A DNA stretch of 63,847 bases, filler included, from Octopus bimaculoides (lineage: Eukaryota), in assembly GCF_001194135.2 (NCBI RefSeq). It is 7 parts of 7 records of this genome, joined end to end, with 100 filler letters (N's around TTAATTAATTAA, not from the genome) between each part and the next. Parts side by side here need not be neighbours in the genome. Positions count along the whole stretch, not along the records: positions 21,307 to 29,735 come from NC_068991.1; positions 29,836 to 56,867 come from NC_069005.1; 5 more parts are not named here. One strand, written 5' to 3'. A program made the translations under genes and the position numbers. The notes below the pieces were generated by a model. It was not told the origin of the DNA and made no database searches. It was given only the letters and a program-made list of their open reading frames with translations. Positions 23,990 through 36,530 of the stretch are shown one piece after another (the first letter of the stretch is position 1; every line of letters starts with the position of its first letter).

Positions 23990-25050
23990 TGGTGCACACA
24001 TACAGTAAGGAAAACCCAGTGGTATACAGATTTCTAAATCTAAGTCTAGCAAAACTGAATTTGGAGATACTCACTTTCTCGAAATAATTGAGTTGTAGTA
24101 ATCAGAAAATTTCCCTTCTCTCAACCTAAGTCGTCAGCTTCATGAATTCATAGCAATCATCAATTTCTGCCATTGATTTATAGAAAAGCAACTCTCAGAA
24201 ATAAAAGGACAGCTACATTCTCTTTCAACAGCAGGAATATTGAATAGTAAGGAAATCATTTGGTTGAATAAAGCTGCAATGGTCTTTCCCACTATTAAGT
24301 AAGCTCCTCCAATTAGATCACTTAAAAAATATTGCAATAAGGATTAATTTATTGCAGTAGAATGGGTTTTGCAACAAGCACCACCGAGACGGCAAAGAGC
24401 GACCAATAGACTTCTCTCGGAAATTTAGCTCTGTGGAAACTGAATGGAGTACACTTGACCATGGATTGCTAGCGATTTGCCTTTCTTTGTGCCGTTTACA
24501 TTTTTTTGCAGTGACGACCCTCCCAAATGTTGACAGAACACAAACCATTCATGTTCCGCACTCCCTGCCGCTTCTAATATGCCATACAAAAACAAATGTG
24601 ACAACTGACCGACGTCATGTTCGATCTCAAGCATACCGACAACTCTGTTGGTGATTCTCTAACAGATGCCAGTGCAGTCGCTAGACAGGTGATTGTACTT
24701 CAAGCAATGGCACCAGCTCAGACTAACGATCACGAATATCAACGGCATTCATTCTCACTCCGTTTACTACCTACATAATTGATATGGTTCTGTGTTACCA
24801 GCAAAACAGTCCAATCCGTATACCCCCAAATATCAGTCGTAACGTAATCTTCATTGTCCTTAATTTTCCTTCATACACAGAAACCCATGATATATAATGA
24901 CTGACCAATGTGATTGATCATGTACTTGTTAGGCTTTCGACCACATGTTTTATCAGCCGACATGCTAAGGCCCACCAACACTTCACTACATACATTCAAA
25001 AGCTAACGGTTCGCTTTCAAAACGTCTACTTTGTCAACCGACTGCTTATT
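23990..25050 (+). mobile_element. Old Ty3/Gypsy pol relic (RT end, RNase H, start of integrase)
   Basis: RQLHEFIAIINFCH*FI, PI-DFSRKFSSVETEWSTLDHGLLAI, TTDRRHVR..DNSVGDSL; many frameshifts. Confidence 0.8.
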
Positions 25051-25202
25051 TCTTCATGGTATTACATTAGTATTTAAGTACACTCAAAACGAGCGATGAC
25101 TGCTCGTATTAACTCTGAATAAAAAGCTGGCTGTTAAACAGTGCTTATCCATATCTGTTTCTTGTCCTTTCTGTTAATTATCGTACACACCGTCACCATT
25201 AA

Positions 25203-25254
<52 letters not shown>

Positions 25255-28199
25255 NNNNNNNNNNNNNNNNNNNNNNNNNNNNNNNNNNNNNNNNNNNNNN
25301 NNNNNNNNNNNNNNNNNNNNNNNNNNNNNNNNNNNNNNNNNNNNNNNNNNNNNNNNNNNNNNNNNNNNNNNNNNNNNNNNNNNNNNNNNNNNNNNNNNNN
25401 NNNNNNNNNNNNNNNNNNNNNNNNNNNNNNNNNNNNNNNNNNNNNNNNNNNNNNNTTCAAACGGGAGCGCGGTAAAGGAGAAGGTGGGAAGAAGAGGAAA
25501 AATATAAATTCGAAAAACAAAGAAGAAATTTAATAAAACAATATTTTATTTTACTTTTCTCTGAAGTTATCTTTAAACATGGCTGTTTAGTTTTCATTTA
25601 CTATTTCTCTCTCGCTTTCACTCTGTTCTCCTTTTCTTCATATGTGTGTGTGCGTGTGCGTGTGTGCGTGTGCATGTGTGTATGTATGCATGTGTATGCA
25701 AACATAATAATATATATACACACATATATGTATGCCTATAAGACAAAATGCAGTATTACAGCAGCATGTGTTCATTATATACACGCTGTGTTTATAACAC
25801 AACCCTTCATCAAAATATAAGAACGATGCAAACGCAATCATTTCCCCAGAAGTATTTTGTCTCTCTCTCTAATGACAAANNNNNNNNNNNNNNNNNNNNN
25901 NNNNNNNNNNNNNNNNNNNNNNNNNNNNNNNNNNNNNNNNNNNNNNNNNNNNNNNNNNNNNNNNNNNNNNNNNNNNNNNNNNNNNNNNNNNNNNNNNNNN
26001 NNNNNNNNNNNNNNNNNNNNNNNNNNNNNNNNNNNNNNNNNNNNNNNNNNNNNNNNNNNNNNNNNNNNNNNNNNNNNNNNNNNNNNNNNNNNNNNNNNNN
26101 NNNNNNNNNNNNNNNNNNNNNNNNNNNNNNNNNNNNNNNNNNNNNNNNNNNNNNNNNNNNNNNNNNNNNNNNNNNNNNNNNNNNNNNNNNNNNNNNNNNN
26201 NNNNNNNNNNNNNNNNNNNNNNNNNNNNNNNNNNNNNNNNNNNNNNNNNNNNNNNNNNNNNNNNNNNNNNNNNNNNNNNNNNNNNNNNNNNNNNNNNNNN
26301 NNNNNNNNNNNNNNNNNNNNNNNNNNNNNNNNNNNNNNNNNNNNNNNNNNNNNNNNNNNNNNNNNNNNNNNNNNNNNNNNNNNNNNNNNNNNNNNNNNNN
26401 NNNNNNNNNNNNNNNNNNNNNNNNNNNNNNNNNNNNNNNNNNNNNNNNNNNNNNNNNNNNNNNNNNNNNNNNNNNNNNNNNNNNNNNNNNNNNNNNNNNN
26501 NNNNNNNNNNNNNNNNNNNNNNNNNNNNNNNNNNNNNNNNNNNNNNNNNNNNNNNNNNNNNNNNNNNNNNNNNNNNNNNNNNNNNNNNNNNNNNNNNNNN
26601 NNNNNNNNNNNNNNNNNNNNNNNNNNNNNNNNNNNNNNNNNNNNNNNNNNNNNNNNNNNNNNNNNNNNNNNNNNNNNNNNNNNNNNNNNNNNNNNNNNNN
26701 NNNNNNNNNNNNNNNNNNNNNNNNNNNNNNNNNNNNAAGTAAGTAAGTAGACATATTAATATATATACACACATATACGTAGGCATATAAGATAATACCA
26801 AGCAAGTATTTCGATGTGTGCCTGGAGGAACGCTGATTTCAGGTTCAAAGCAAATTTATTCTGAAAAAGAATGATGTAATACTCGCTCAACCAGATCTCC
26901 CATAGAATTGCGAATAAAGACTATCTTTATATAGATTATCTCGTTCTAAAACAGACTAGTGTCCTTTAAAGTGAGCTAAGCCGGATTTCTTCAAAAGCAG
27001 AATATACTCAGATAGACTTTTGTAAGAACTTGTGTTCAAATATTTAAAAAAAAGTTCATAAATTTTTACGCAATTAGACTCTTGTTTTAAATGCATTTTC
27101 TTTTAATCCGATACGTTTTCTACATTGGGTTACTATCAGTCTATACATTTGCATTGTAGACTCTCCCTGTTGTCAGGTAATTACCTCGAAAGGATAGTTG
27201 TTGACACTTACAAATCGGATGTTGCTTGCTTAATATTAACTTCGGGGAGCCTTTCAGCATTTAATTGATTAACACGAGACGCAGATTTCTTCAAGAATAG
27301 TCATCTTTTAATGATCAATAAAATGTTTGGTTTTCATCAACCAAAGTCAAAACTATTTTTTCCAAATCTCTCCTTTCTTTCCTGAAATTATACAACTTCC
27401 ATATCTTTACCCGCAAATATGTGTGCATCTGTGTATCTATGAAACTGCGTCTGTGCATGTGTCTGTGTATGTCCTTTTATCTATGTATCGGTACATTTGT
27501 CTCTGTGTGTGTGCGCGCACGCGTCTATGTATCTGTATGTCTGAGTGTCTCTGTGTTTGTTTGTCCGTGTATCTGCGCGTCTCCCGGGAGCTCTTACCAA
27601 TTCGTGTTTGCGTGTGATCCCATGTTTTCACAAGGTATATGTACGTTGGTTTTCTCTTCTCGTTGGCTTTTGTAAACCTCTGAGAAAGGCTGACCACATT
27701 TCGATGCACAAAATAATCACAGGTTTTTGATCTTTCAGGAAAATATTTATCTGCTGAACAAATCATTGCCAAAAGACAATTTATCATTGCTCGTGTTTAT
27801 ACCCGAAAGCCATACACAAATGAATACTGTTGTTGTTCTTGTTACTGCTGTTCTGTTCTGGTTATGGACGATGACCAGATTTCTAGGTTTTCTTTTAGTT
27901 GCCGAATTTTATTAATATTTTGTATTGTTGCTAAGTTAACGGTCGCTCTTTTCTTTGTTTTCTATGTTAAAGGTATTTTATGCATTTTCGGTGTTCATTC
28001 GTGGGGCGTGGCGTTAAATGTTCATGATCGTTTATTTGGGTGACATGAGAAGAAAACGAATTATACTCTTGTCTTAAAATAAAACACTTTATAATTTTCT
28101 TTTATCAACCCCTATAATAATTATCTCGAACACTATTTTCTTTATTAAAATTATTTCGCTTCGAAGACAGATTAGAAAACACGTTTGCTTCCTCAGCAG

Positions 28200-28208
28200 T
28201 TAGTAGTA

Positions 28209-28248
<40 letters not shown>

Positions 28249-28250
28249 TG

Positions 28251-28314
<64 letters not shown>

Positions 28315-28320
28315 TAATAT
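28200..28320. repeat. (AAT)n microsatellite
   Basis: Read directly from the sequence. Confidence 0.95.
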
Positions 28321-28855
28321 GCCCTGATGCAGTACCAGGCAGTGTCTCTTAATTGATTGGAAATGTTATGTACATTGTTTTGTCTTGGTATAAAAAGATG
28401 GTCTACAGCAAATATTTTGCTCAATACTAGAGGTTTGCTTGTCAGTTGTTTGACCTTTTACAGTTGAGCATGTCCCTTGGTGGCTGACGATATGTGCATC
28501 TCTGATCATGAGCAGAAGTAGTGGGGGAGCATCATAGCTCTGTGTTGAGAGGAATTCTTTGGGGTTTGAATAATTCCCCTTTGGAAACATGAGTGTTTTG
28601 CTCAACATCCTTAAACGAACCTTAATCAGGGAGCTGAGCGGGATGGGCAACACGACCTGAAGAAAATTCTAACTGGGACCCACCTGCGAGGTCATGCGCT
28701 GTNNNNNNNNNNNNNNNNNNNNNNNNNNNNNNNNNNNNNNNNNNNNNNNNNNNNNNNNNNNNNNNNNNNNNNNNNNNNNNNNNNNNNNNNNNNNNNNNNN
28801 NNCATACATACATGCGTACATAAATAAATGCATACATGCATACATCAATACATGT

Positions 28856-29158
28856 TGTTGGCACCCCGTCACCTACTACCTCGAGTGTTCCAGTTGATCC
28901 GATCAATGGAACAGCCTGCTCGTGAAATTAACGTGCAAGTGGCTGAGCACTCCACAGACACGTGTACTCTTAACGTAGTTCTCGGGGATATTCAGCGTGA
29001 CACAGTATGACAAGGCTGACCCACTATCTCCTGCCGGAGCCTCGTAGAGCTTTATGTGTTTTCGCTCAATAAACATTCACAACACCCGGTCTGGGAATCG
29101 AAACCGCGATCCCATGACCGCGAGTCCGCTGCCCTAACCACTGGGTCATTGCGCCTCA
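28856..29158 (-). mobile_element. tRNA-derived SINE, family C (head GGCGCAATGGCCCAGTGGTTAGGGCAGCGGACTCGCGG...TTCGATTCCC)
   Basis: Clear A and B boxes, and a body shared with 29505-29710, 44176-44535 and 56599-56867. Compatible with the described tRNA-derived octopus SINEs; the family name is not established. Confidence 0.9.
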
Positions 29159-29504
29159 ACACATCAATACATACATAATTACATAAATACAATTGCAGCG
29201 TGGAAGGTGTTTATAAGCCATTTAAAATAACACACAAAATCCGTTAGATTCTCTTCAACATTTAAATTTAATTTGTCAAAATATTTTCGTCGCTTTGAGA
29301 CCGCGACCTGTTCACTGACAAAATTCTGTGCTGTAAATACATATATACAGAAATACATGCGTACATAAATACATGTATACTTGAATAGGTACATATATAA
29401 ATACATGCATAAATAAATACATACATAAATACATACATACGTACATAAATACATACATAAGTACATAGACACATACATACATAAACACTTACATACATAC
29501 ACAC

Positions 29505-29710
29505 ACTCTCTCTCTTACTTCCTGTTTCTGTTGTAATTCAAAGGGTCGGCCTTGTCACACTGTGTCACGCTGAATATCCCCGAGAACTACGTTAAGGGTA
29601 CACGTGTCTGTGGAGTGCTCAGCCACTTGCACGTTAATTTCACGAGCAGGCTGTTCCGTTGATCGGATCAACTGGAACCCTCGACGTCATAAGCGACGGA
29701 GTGCCAACAA
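29505..29710 (+). mobile_element. SINE family C, 3' half, inverted relative to 28856-29158
   Basis: Reverse complement of the family C core. Confidence 0.88.
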
Positions 29711-29835
29711 CAACACACACACACACACACACACANNNNNNNNNNNNNNNNNNNNNNNNNNNNNNNNNNNNNNNNNNNNTTAATTAATTAANNNNNNNNN
29801 NNNNNNNNNNNNNNNNNNNNNNNNNNNNNNNNNNN

Positions 29836-30480
29836 TTGTTTCAGTCATTTGACTGCGGCCATGCTGGAGCACCGCCTTTAGTCGAGCAAATCGACCCCAG
29901 GATTTATTCTTTGTAAGCCTAGTACTTATTCTATCGGTCTCTTTTGCCGAACCGCTAAGTTACTGGGACGCAAACACACCAGCATCGGTTGCCAAGCGAT
30001 GTTGAGGGGTAGGAACACAGACACAAACATATACACACACATACATATACATATATATACATATATATACGACAGGCTTCTTTCAGTTTCCGTCTACCAA
30101 ATCCACTCACAAGGCTTTGGTCGGCCCAAGGCTATAGTAGAAGACACTTGCCCAAGGTGCCACACAGTAGGAATGAACCTGGAACCATGTGGTTGGTAAG
30201 CAAGCTACTTAACACACAGCCACTCCGTATGTATGTATATATGTATGTATGTATGTATATACATATGTATGTATCTTTGTATTTTCCCCACCGCTTGGCA
30301 ACCGTTGTTTTTTTTTTTTTTGGTGGAGGGGGGTTACGTCTTGCGAACTTAGTAGTTCGGCAAGAGAGATTGATAGAATAAGTACCAGACTTTAAAAATA
30401 AACTCTGGGTTGATTTATCCAACCAAACCTTTCAAAGCGGTGTCTCCAGTATGGCCGCAGTTCAATGACTGAAACAAGTT
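29836..30480. mobile_element. SINE family B: full copy (minus, 29836-30226) and partial 3' copy (plus, about 30230-30480), head to head
   Basis: Shared family B sequence in opposite orientations. Confidence 0.85.
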
Positions 30481-30736
30481 TTACAAAACATTGCAATTAC
30501 AAAAACATGAGCTGCTCACCTCAAAAATTAATCAAGTCACACATGGAGTAATTAATTAGTCTGGCTACAGATCTGCCCGACGTTTGATTAATTGCTTAAT
30601 AGGAAGTTTCAAGTTGTCCTGTAAAGTATTCACGTGGTCTCTGCCATTGTCGTTGTCGTGGTTATTGTTGTTTAGCCACTGGTCAGCCTACAGCGAGTAG
30701 GTTCAATCTAACTATAACCCTTCAGTCTTTCACATA

Positions 30737-30974
30737 TACGTGGGGTGGAGGTTGTTAAAAAAGTTCCAGGCTTTGAGTAAAAGAAAATACAGGAGGATCA
30801 GTAAATTATGATTTCATTCAAACATATTCCCCGCTCTCTGATTCACACATTGCTGCAGCCCTTCAGATTTTTTGGGGTTTTTTTTAGCCCTGTAAAAGAA
30901 CTCAGAAGGTTGGGCCTCCAACTAGGCCTTTCGCGACACCCTTAAAGCCAGGAACGGTTCAACACTCCCCCGTA
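30737..30974 (-). mobile_element. Mariner-derived MITE with TA target duplication
   Basis: TIR cores AAAAGTTCCAGGCTTT / AAAGCCAGGAAC; reverse copy of 61621-61836. Confidence 0.75.
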
Positions 30975-31299
30975 TATATATAAAGACGGAGTAAATACCG
31001 CAAAAGCATTTTGTCCGACGTTCCGACTGCTCTTTCAAGTCTTTTCATTCCTTTTTATACAAACGCGCGCGCACACCCACACACAGACACACGCACGCAT
31101 GCACGCACACACACATACACACATGCACACATGTATGTATGTATGCATACATACACACATATATAAAACTCAGCCAAATAAACTAACAGGACTTCGACCT
31201 GTAATTAGTTTAAGTGCCAACGCACGAAACTTTTGGACCTTGAGTCACTCAGCGTTCAGTATCTCATCGCGTTCGGCTTAACGGCTACTTTGGAACTCT

Positions 31300-31510
31300 C
31301 CGCTCAGCAGGTTAATCCACTTCGCGGGAAGAGCTATTCTAAGAGCGCGTTCTGCCTCATCTTCGAAACGCCTAGTTTAGAATAGAGGCAGCTGATGAAG
31401 GAAAAGTTCCATAAGTGGCTCGTCTGTTTTCCTATGTGTTCGTTCTGTTGTCCGTTTTTTGTGCTTTGTTTATGTTCCCGTTCCTTTTTTGACGTCCTGT
31501 ACCCCCGGAT
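31300..31510 (+). mobile_element. Dispersed repeat family E (Penelope-like terminus; CGAAACG...GAGGCAGCTGATGAAGG)
   Basis: Related copies on the minus strand at about 37480-37660 and 40150-40282. Confidence 0.5.
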
Positions 31511-32199
31511 ATGCATCTATATATACATGTAGATGTAGGCATGTACATATATGTATGTATACATGCATATGCTTATATATCATTTGTATTATATATATAT
31601 ATATATNNNNNNNNNNNNNNNNNNNNNNNNNNNNNNNNNNNNNNNNNNNNNNNNNNNNNNNNNNNNNNNNNNNNNNNNNNNNNNNNNNNNNNNNNNNNNN
31701 NNNNNNNNNNNNNNNNNNNNNNNNNNNNNNNNNNNNNNNNNNNNNNNNNNNNNNNNNNNNNNNNNNNNNNNNNNNNNNNNNNNNNNNNNNNNNNNNNNNN
31801 NNNNNNNNNNNNNNNNNNNNNNNNNNNNNNNNNNNNNNNNNNNNNNNNNNNNNNNNNNNNNNNNNNNNNNNNNNNNNNNNNNNNNNNNNNNNNNNNNNNN
31901 NNNNNNNNNNNNNNNNNNNNNNNNNNNNNNNNNNNNNNNNNNNNNNNNNNNNNNNNNNNNNNNNNNNNNNNNNNNNNNNNNNNNNNNNNNNNNNNNNNNN
32001 NNNNNNNNNNNNNNNNNNNNNNNNNNNNNNNNNNNNNNNNNNNNNNNNNNNNNNNNNNNNNNNNNNNNNNNNNNNNNNNNNNNNNNNNNNNNNNNNNNNN
32101 NNNNNNNNNNNNNNNNNNNNNGTGTGTGTGTGTGTGTGTGTGTGGACGGGGGTAAATCCATCAATAGACCCATGACACAAAGTAGCGCTACGAACGATT

Positions 32200-33830
32200 G
32201 CTAAATCAATTCATTATCACAACCAGGATAGAGAGGCCGCACCCAGTTGTTACTTCAAACATCGATTTACCGGTAGTTTCCATTGCTACCGATTCAAAGG
32301 TTTATGTGTCCGGTAGCGACACATACTTGCGCCACTTGCAAATCTTCGACCCTCGTCGCAACATACAATGCTGTATCGCAACCTCCGAGATGTGGTTGTC
32401 AGCAAAAGTATGGTTGACATTGGTGTACCAGACTAGCAAGAACAAATGACCCGGGGCGTAGAGAAATCAAGAAAACCCGCCTAGATGTTTATCATGGCCG
32501 CGGTTCAGTTCGGTTGGTTTCTTTTGTTTGTATTGCATATTTCAACGTGTCAGTAATCTCCATGGCAGAGAAACTGCATGGCAGCACATGATAATCTTTT
32601 GGGTCGCTCTCATGATCATGTCTGCAACTTCGCGTGAGTACCGTTGTTTGGCCTGGTATCAACTAAGTATACTCGGAGATAATTGAGTCAGACACCGCAT
32701 CACTGACTCACGTGCAGCAACCAACCGCACAAGACTGAACTCGTACAAGTCTCTCAACAACTCATCCCAATTTTCAGCGTGTTGTTTCTTTTCTGACGTC
32801 GATAAAGTTTCGACATTAACGCTTGTACGTTTGCACACGGTAGCAAAATATGGCATACGAGTGAGGAGAATCCTGGTGTACAGGATATGATCCTCTCAAC
32901 CAACACAATTGTAGCGTGCAGTGAGGAGATATATATATATATACTGGCAGCGCTGGATCAGACGATTTCCTGATCTCCAGGCCTCCCAAGTGACCCACTT
33001 TTGGCAAGTTGAACAGGAGATGCGGGATGAATCGAACGCTCAAAGAAGGTGTCTCAAGCTTCGCCATTAGATCACCCTCCCCCTCCTCCAAAAAATGTCA
33101 ATCGTTATAGACAACAGGACATTGACTACAGAAGTCAGAATCTGCTCAGGAGCGTGTAACTCGTTTTTAATGGCCTGTAACCAACTGGTATTGTTGAAAT
33201 TAATATTTGATAAATCTTCTGCTTTATTAGTCGGTCAATGGCAGTGAGATGGTCGGCTTCCTGATACGCTATAGTAATATAAAGGAGATACATCAGATGC
33301 AGGCGGCCGTAGTCGTATAATAACATCGCCGGATTGTTTCAAATGTTTCCTGATCTTCATCAGGGAAACACAGCAAATGTATATATTAGCGACAGAGGCA
33401 ATATTAATACCGACAGGCAATATTTATCCCCACTTATACGTGGATGTTCTATTAGAACAAGCTATACTGCGGTAGTTACTATGAGAAAAACTCTCGTATT
33501 GGCTTCTGGTGCAAAATGCACTCTTGTTTGTATCGCTAGCGGGGAGATAAATTCCCAGCCATCAGAAGAGATTCTTCTCACAACTTCTTTCACCTCCAAC
33601 TCAGCGAACTTGACGTCTTCTCAGGGATGCAGTTGGTCTTTTTTAGTCAACTATTCAAAATCGGAACACTTTCTGTGGGTTTCTCCTCGCTGAGGTCGGC
33701 GATAGACGCACCCGTAATGATGTAATTGTTGACTTCCAGGGGAGCCAGGTATTGTGAAATCATTGACGATGTTGGTATCTAGAGCCATGCAAACCATACT
33801 TGGGCTGACTAATTAGCAACAGCGTTCCGG
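32200..33830 (-). mobile_element. Degenerate CRE-clade-like (RLE-encoding) non-LTR retrotransposon
   Basis: The C-terminal frame LVWYTNVNHTFAD..I.......K..KYVSL...*TFESVAMETTGK matches the CRE-type LVWD.T...T.A....K..KY..L...F.P.A.ET.G pattern. RLVAARES and LSC remnants lie upstream; the RT part is barely readable. Confidence 0.6.
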
Positions 33831-33984
33831 CTTCGACCTTCCTGTCTTTTTTTTCTTCAGCTTTAGGACGACATTATCCAGTGTACATTTACCCTTTCAA
33901 AACAATACGATGGCATGAGGAAAATATGACTTGCTGTATCTAACAGGTCGTGTGACTACGTAGATCGATGCACTTTCAGAGGAA

Positions 33985-34024
33985 CCGTTGTTGTTGTTGT
34001 TGTTATTGTTGCTGCTGCTGCTGC

Positions 34025-34082
<58 letters not shown>
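33985..34082. repeat. (GTT)n/(GCT)n microsatellite
   Basis: Read directly from the sequence. Confidence 0.95.
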
Positions 34083-34083
<1 letters not shown>

Positions 34084-34469
34084 GGCCATAGGTCAAATTT
34101 GATTGAGCATTTCAGCCGTGAATGTCCCGTCCTCTTTCTATGTAGACAGAACCTAGGGCCACATCATCCGACGCGTTCTGGTTTTTACGCGGTGATGAGG
34201 ATCTGCGATTTGAGGGAGATTTGACTGCTATCTCTAACATGTTGTTGATGTTGCAGTTGGTGTTTTATTACTACTTTGCCTTCTCTCTCTCTCTGTCTCG
34301 ACATTTCTACTCACCCTCTTTTTCTCTATCTTTCTTTCTCTTCCTCTTTCCTTCTCCTTCCGTCTTTTTTCTCACGATTTCTTTCAGAATTAAGTTCATC
34401 ATCTCCCTCTTTCTCTCTTTCTCTCCCTCTCCCTATCTCTCTCTCTCTATCTATCCATCCATCCATCCC

Positions 34470-34504
<35 letters not shown>

Positions 34505-34705
34505 CTATCTCTCTCACTTTCCGACCTTCTCCCCGCCTCACGACTCTCTCTCCTACCAATGGGTGTCTCTGGAACTGAACATATTCCATTTGCGAAGAAT
34601 GTTGCATCCATCGGGAGCCAAATGCACTTTAGACGGTGCAGGAATGGTAATTGATGGACTTTGTGTGTCAAAATGCAACAATTGTGAGGAGCAGGCAGAG
34701 TACAT

Positions 34706-34774
<69 letters not shown>

Positions 34775-36191
34775 NNNNNNNNNNNNNNNNNNNNNNNNNN
34801 NNNNNNNNNNNNNNNNNNNNNNNNNNNNNNNNNNNNNNNNNNNNNNNNNNNNNNNNNNNNNNNNNNNNNNNNNNNNNNNNNNNNNNNNNNNNNNNNNNNN
34901 NNNNNNNNNNNNNNNNNNNNNNNNNNNNNNNNNNNNNNNNNNNNNNNNNNNNNNNNNNNNNNNNNNNNNNNNNNNNNNNNNNNNNNNNNNNNNNNNNNNN
35001 NNNNNNNNNNNNNNNNNNNNNNNNNNNNNNNNNNNNNNNNNNNNNNNNNNNNNNNNNNNNNNNNNNNNNNNNNNNNNNNNNNNNNNNNNNNNNNNNNNNN
35101 NNNNNNNNNNNNNNNNNNNNNNNNNNNNNNNNNNNNNNNNNNNNNNNNNNNNNNNNNNNNNNNNNNNNNNNNNNNNNNNNNNNNNNNNNNNNNNNNNNNN
35201 NNNNNNNNNNNNNNNNNNNNNNNNNNNNNNNNNNNNNNNNNNNNNNNNNNNNNNNNNNNNNNNNNNNNNNNNNNNNNNNNNNNNNNNNNNNNNNNNNNNN
35301 NNNNNNNNNNNNNNNNNNNNNNNNNNNNNNNNNNNNNNNNNNNNNNNNNNNNNNNNNNNNNNNNNNNNNNNNNNNNNNNNNNNNNNNNNNNNNNNNNNNN
35401 NNNNNNNNNNNNNNNNNNNNNNNNNNNNNNNNNNNNNNNNNNNNNNNNNNNNNNNNNNNNNNNNNNNNNNNNNNNNNNNNNNNNNNNNNNNNNNNNNNNN
35501 NNNNNNNNNNNNNNNNNNNNNNNNNNNNNNNNNNNNNNNNNNNNNNNNNNNNNNNNNNNNNNNNNNNNNNNNNNNNNNNNNNNNNNNNNNNNNNNNNNNN
35601 NNNNNNNTAAGAAGCATGAAGGAGAAATAGAAGAAGGACGGGTATGCACTACGATGTGAAGGAGGTGGCGGCCGAGTGAGAAGACGGCGGTGGGGGGGGG
35701 AGGATGGCATATGAAGATTGTTATAGGAGGAGGAGGAGGAGGGTGCGTAAGAGGAATAGGAAAAGTGTAGGTATGAAAAGGAAGAGGGGGGGGGAAGTGT
35801 GTGAGGTGAGACTTATGGAGGAAGAGAAAGTTGGAAAACACGGAAGTATAAAAGTACACGACGGGTGAGGGAAGTGACGAGAGGTGTGGGAAGAGGTAGC
35901 TTGTGGTGAGAAGGAGAGGGTGAAAATACGAGGAAATCTATACAATGATATACGAACGCCTCCCTTAGTCACATGGAATCTTTTACGCTTTCAGGGGTTT
36001 ATCCCAGTTTTATAGGCTTAAGAACGATAAATAGATGTTCCATCACCAACACCACCACCGTAGAAGAATCCATTTCTTTTGACAGCCTACTGAACTGGAG
36101 CAATATCGTATATCTTTACATATATATATAATCTTATATCTTTATATATATATATAATCTTATATCTTTATATATTACTATTTTATTTTAT

Positions 36192-36477
36192 TTTACTTGT
36201 TTCAGTCATTTGACTGCGTCCATGCTGGAGCACCGCCTTTAGTCGAATCAAATCGACCCCAGGACTTATTCTTTGTAAGCCTAGTACTTATTCTATCGGT
36301 CTCTTTTGCCGAACCGCTAAGTTACGGTTGTCAAGCGATGCTGGGGGGGACAAACACAGACACACAAACATATACACACACATACATATATATGTATACA
36401 TATATACGACGGGCTTCTTTCAGTTTCCGTCTACCAAATCCACTCACAAGGCTTTGGTCGGCCCGAGGCTATAGAAG
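36192..36477 (-). mobile_element. SINE family B with an internal deletion
   Basis: Matches 29836-30226. Confidence 0.88.
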
Positions 36478-36487
36478 NNNNNNNNNN

Positions 36488-36530
<43 letters not shown>

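Noticed and set aside
27739-27915. Possible next SLC22 exon after TTTCAG (ENIYLL...LLVFIPES)
   Set aside because: Only a faint LLPET-like resemblance, and the frame runs into a stop without a convincing donor.
29040-29158. tRNA-like cloverleaf heads of SINE families A, B and C as tRNA genes
   Set aside because: They lack proper acceptor stems and are fused to long SINE bodies in every copy.
31352-31410. Family E GAAAC...GAGGCAG-CTGATGA as a hammerhead (also at 37560-37610 and 40240-40280)
   Set aside because: Both core halves are present but in an order and pairing incompatible with hammerhead topology: the stem I partner lies upstream of GAAA and there is no stem II closure.
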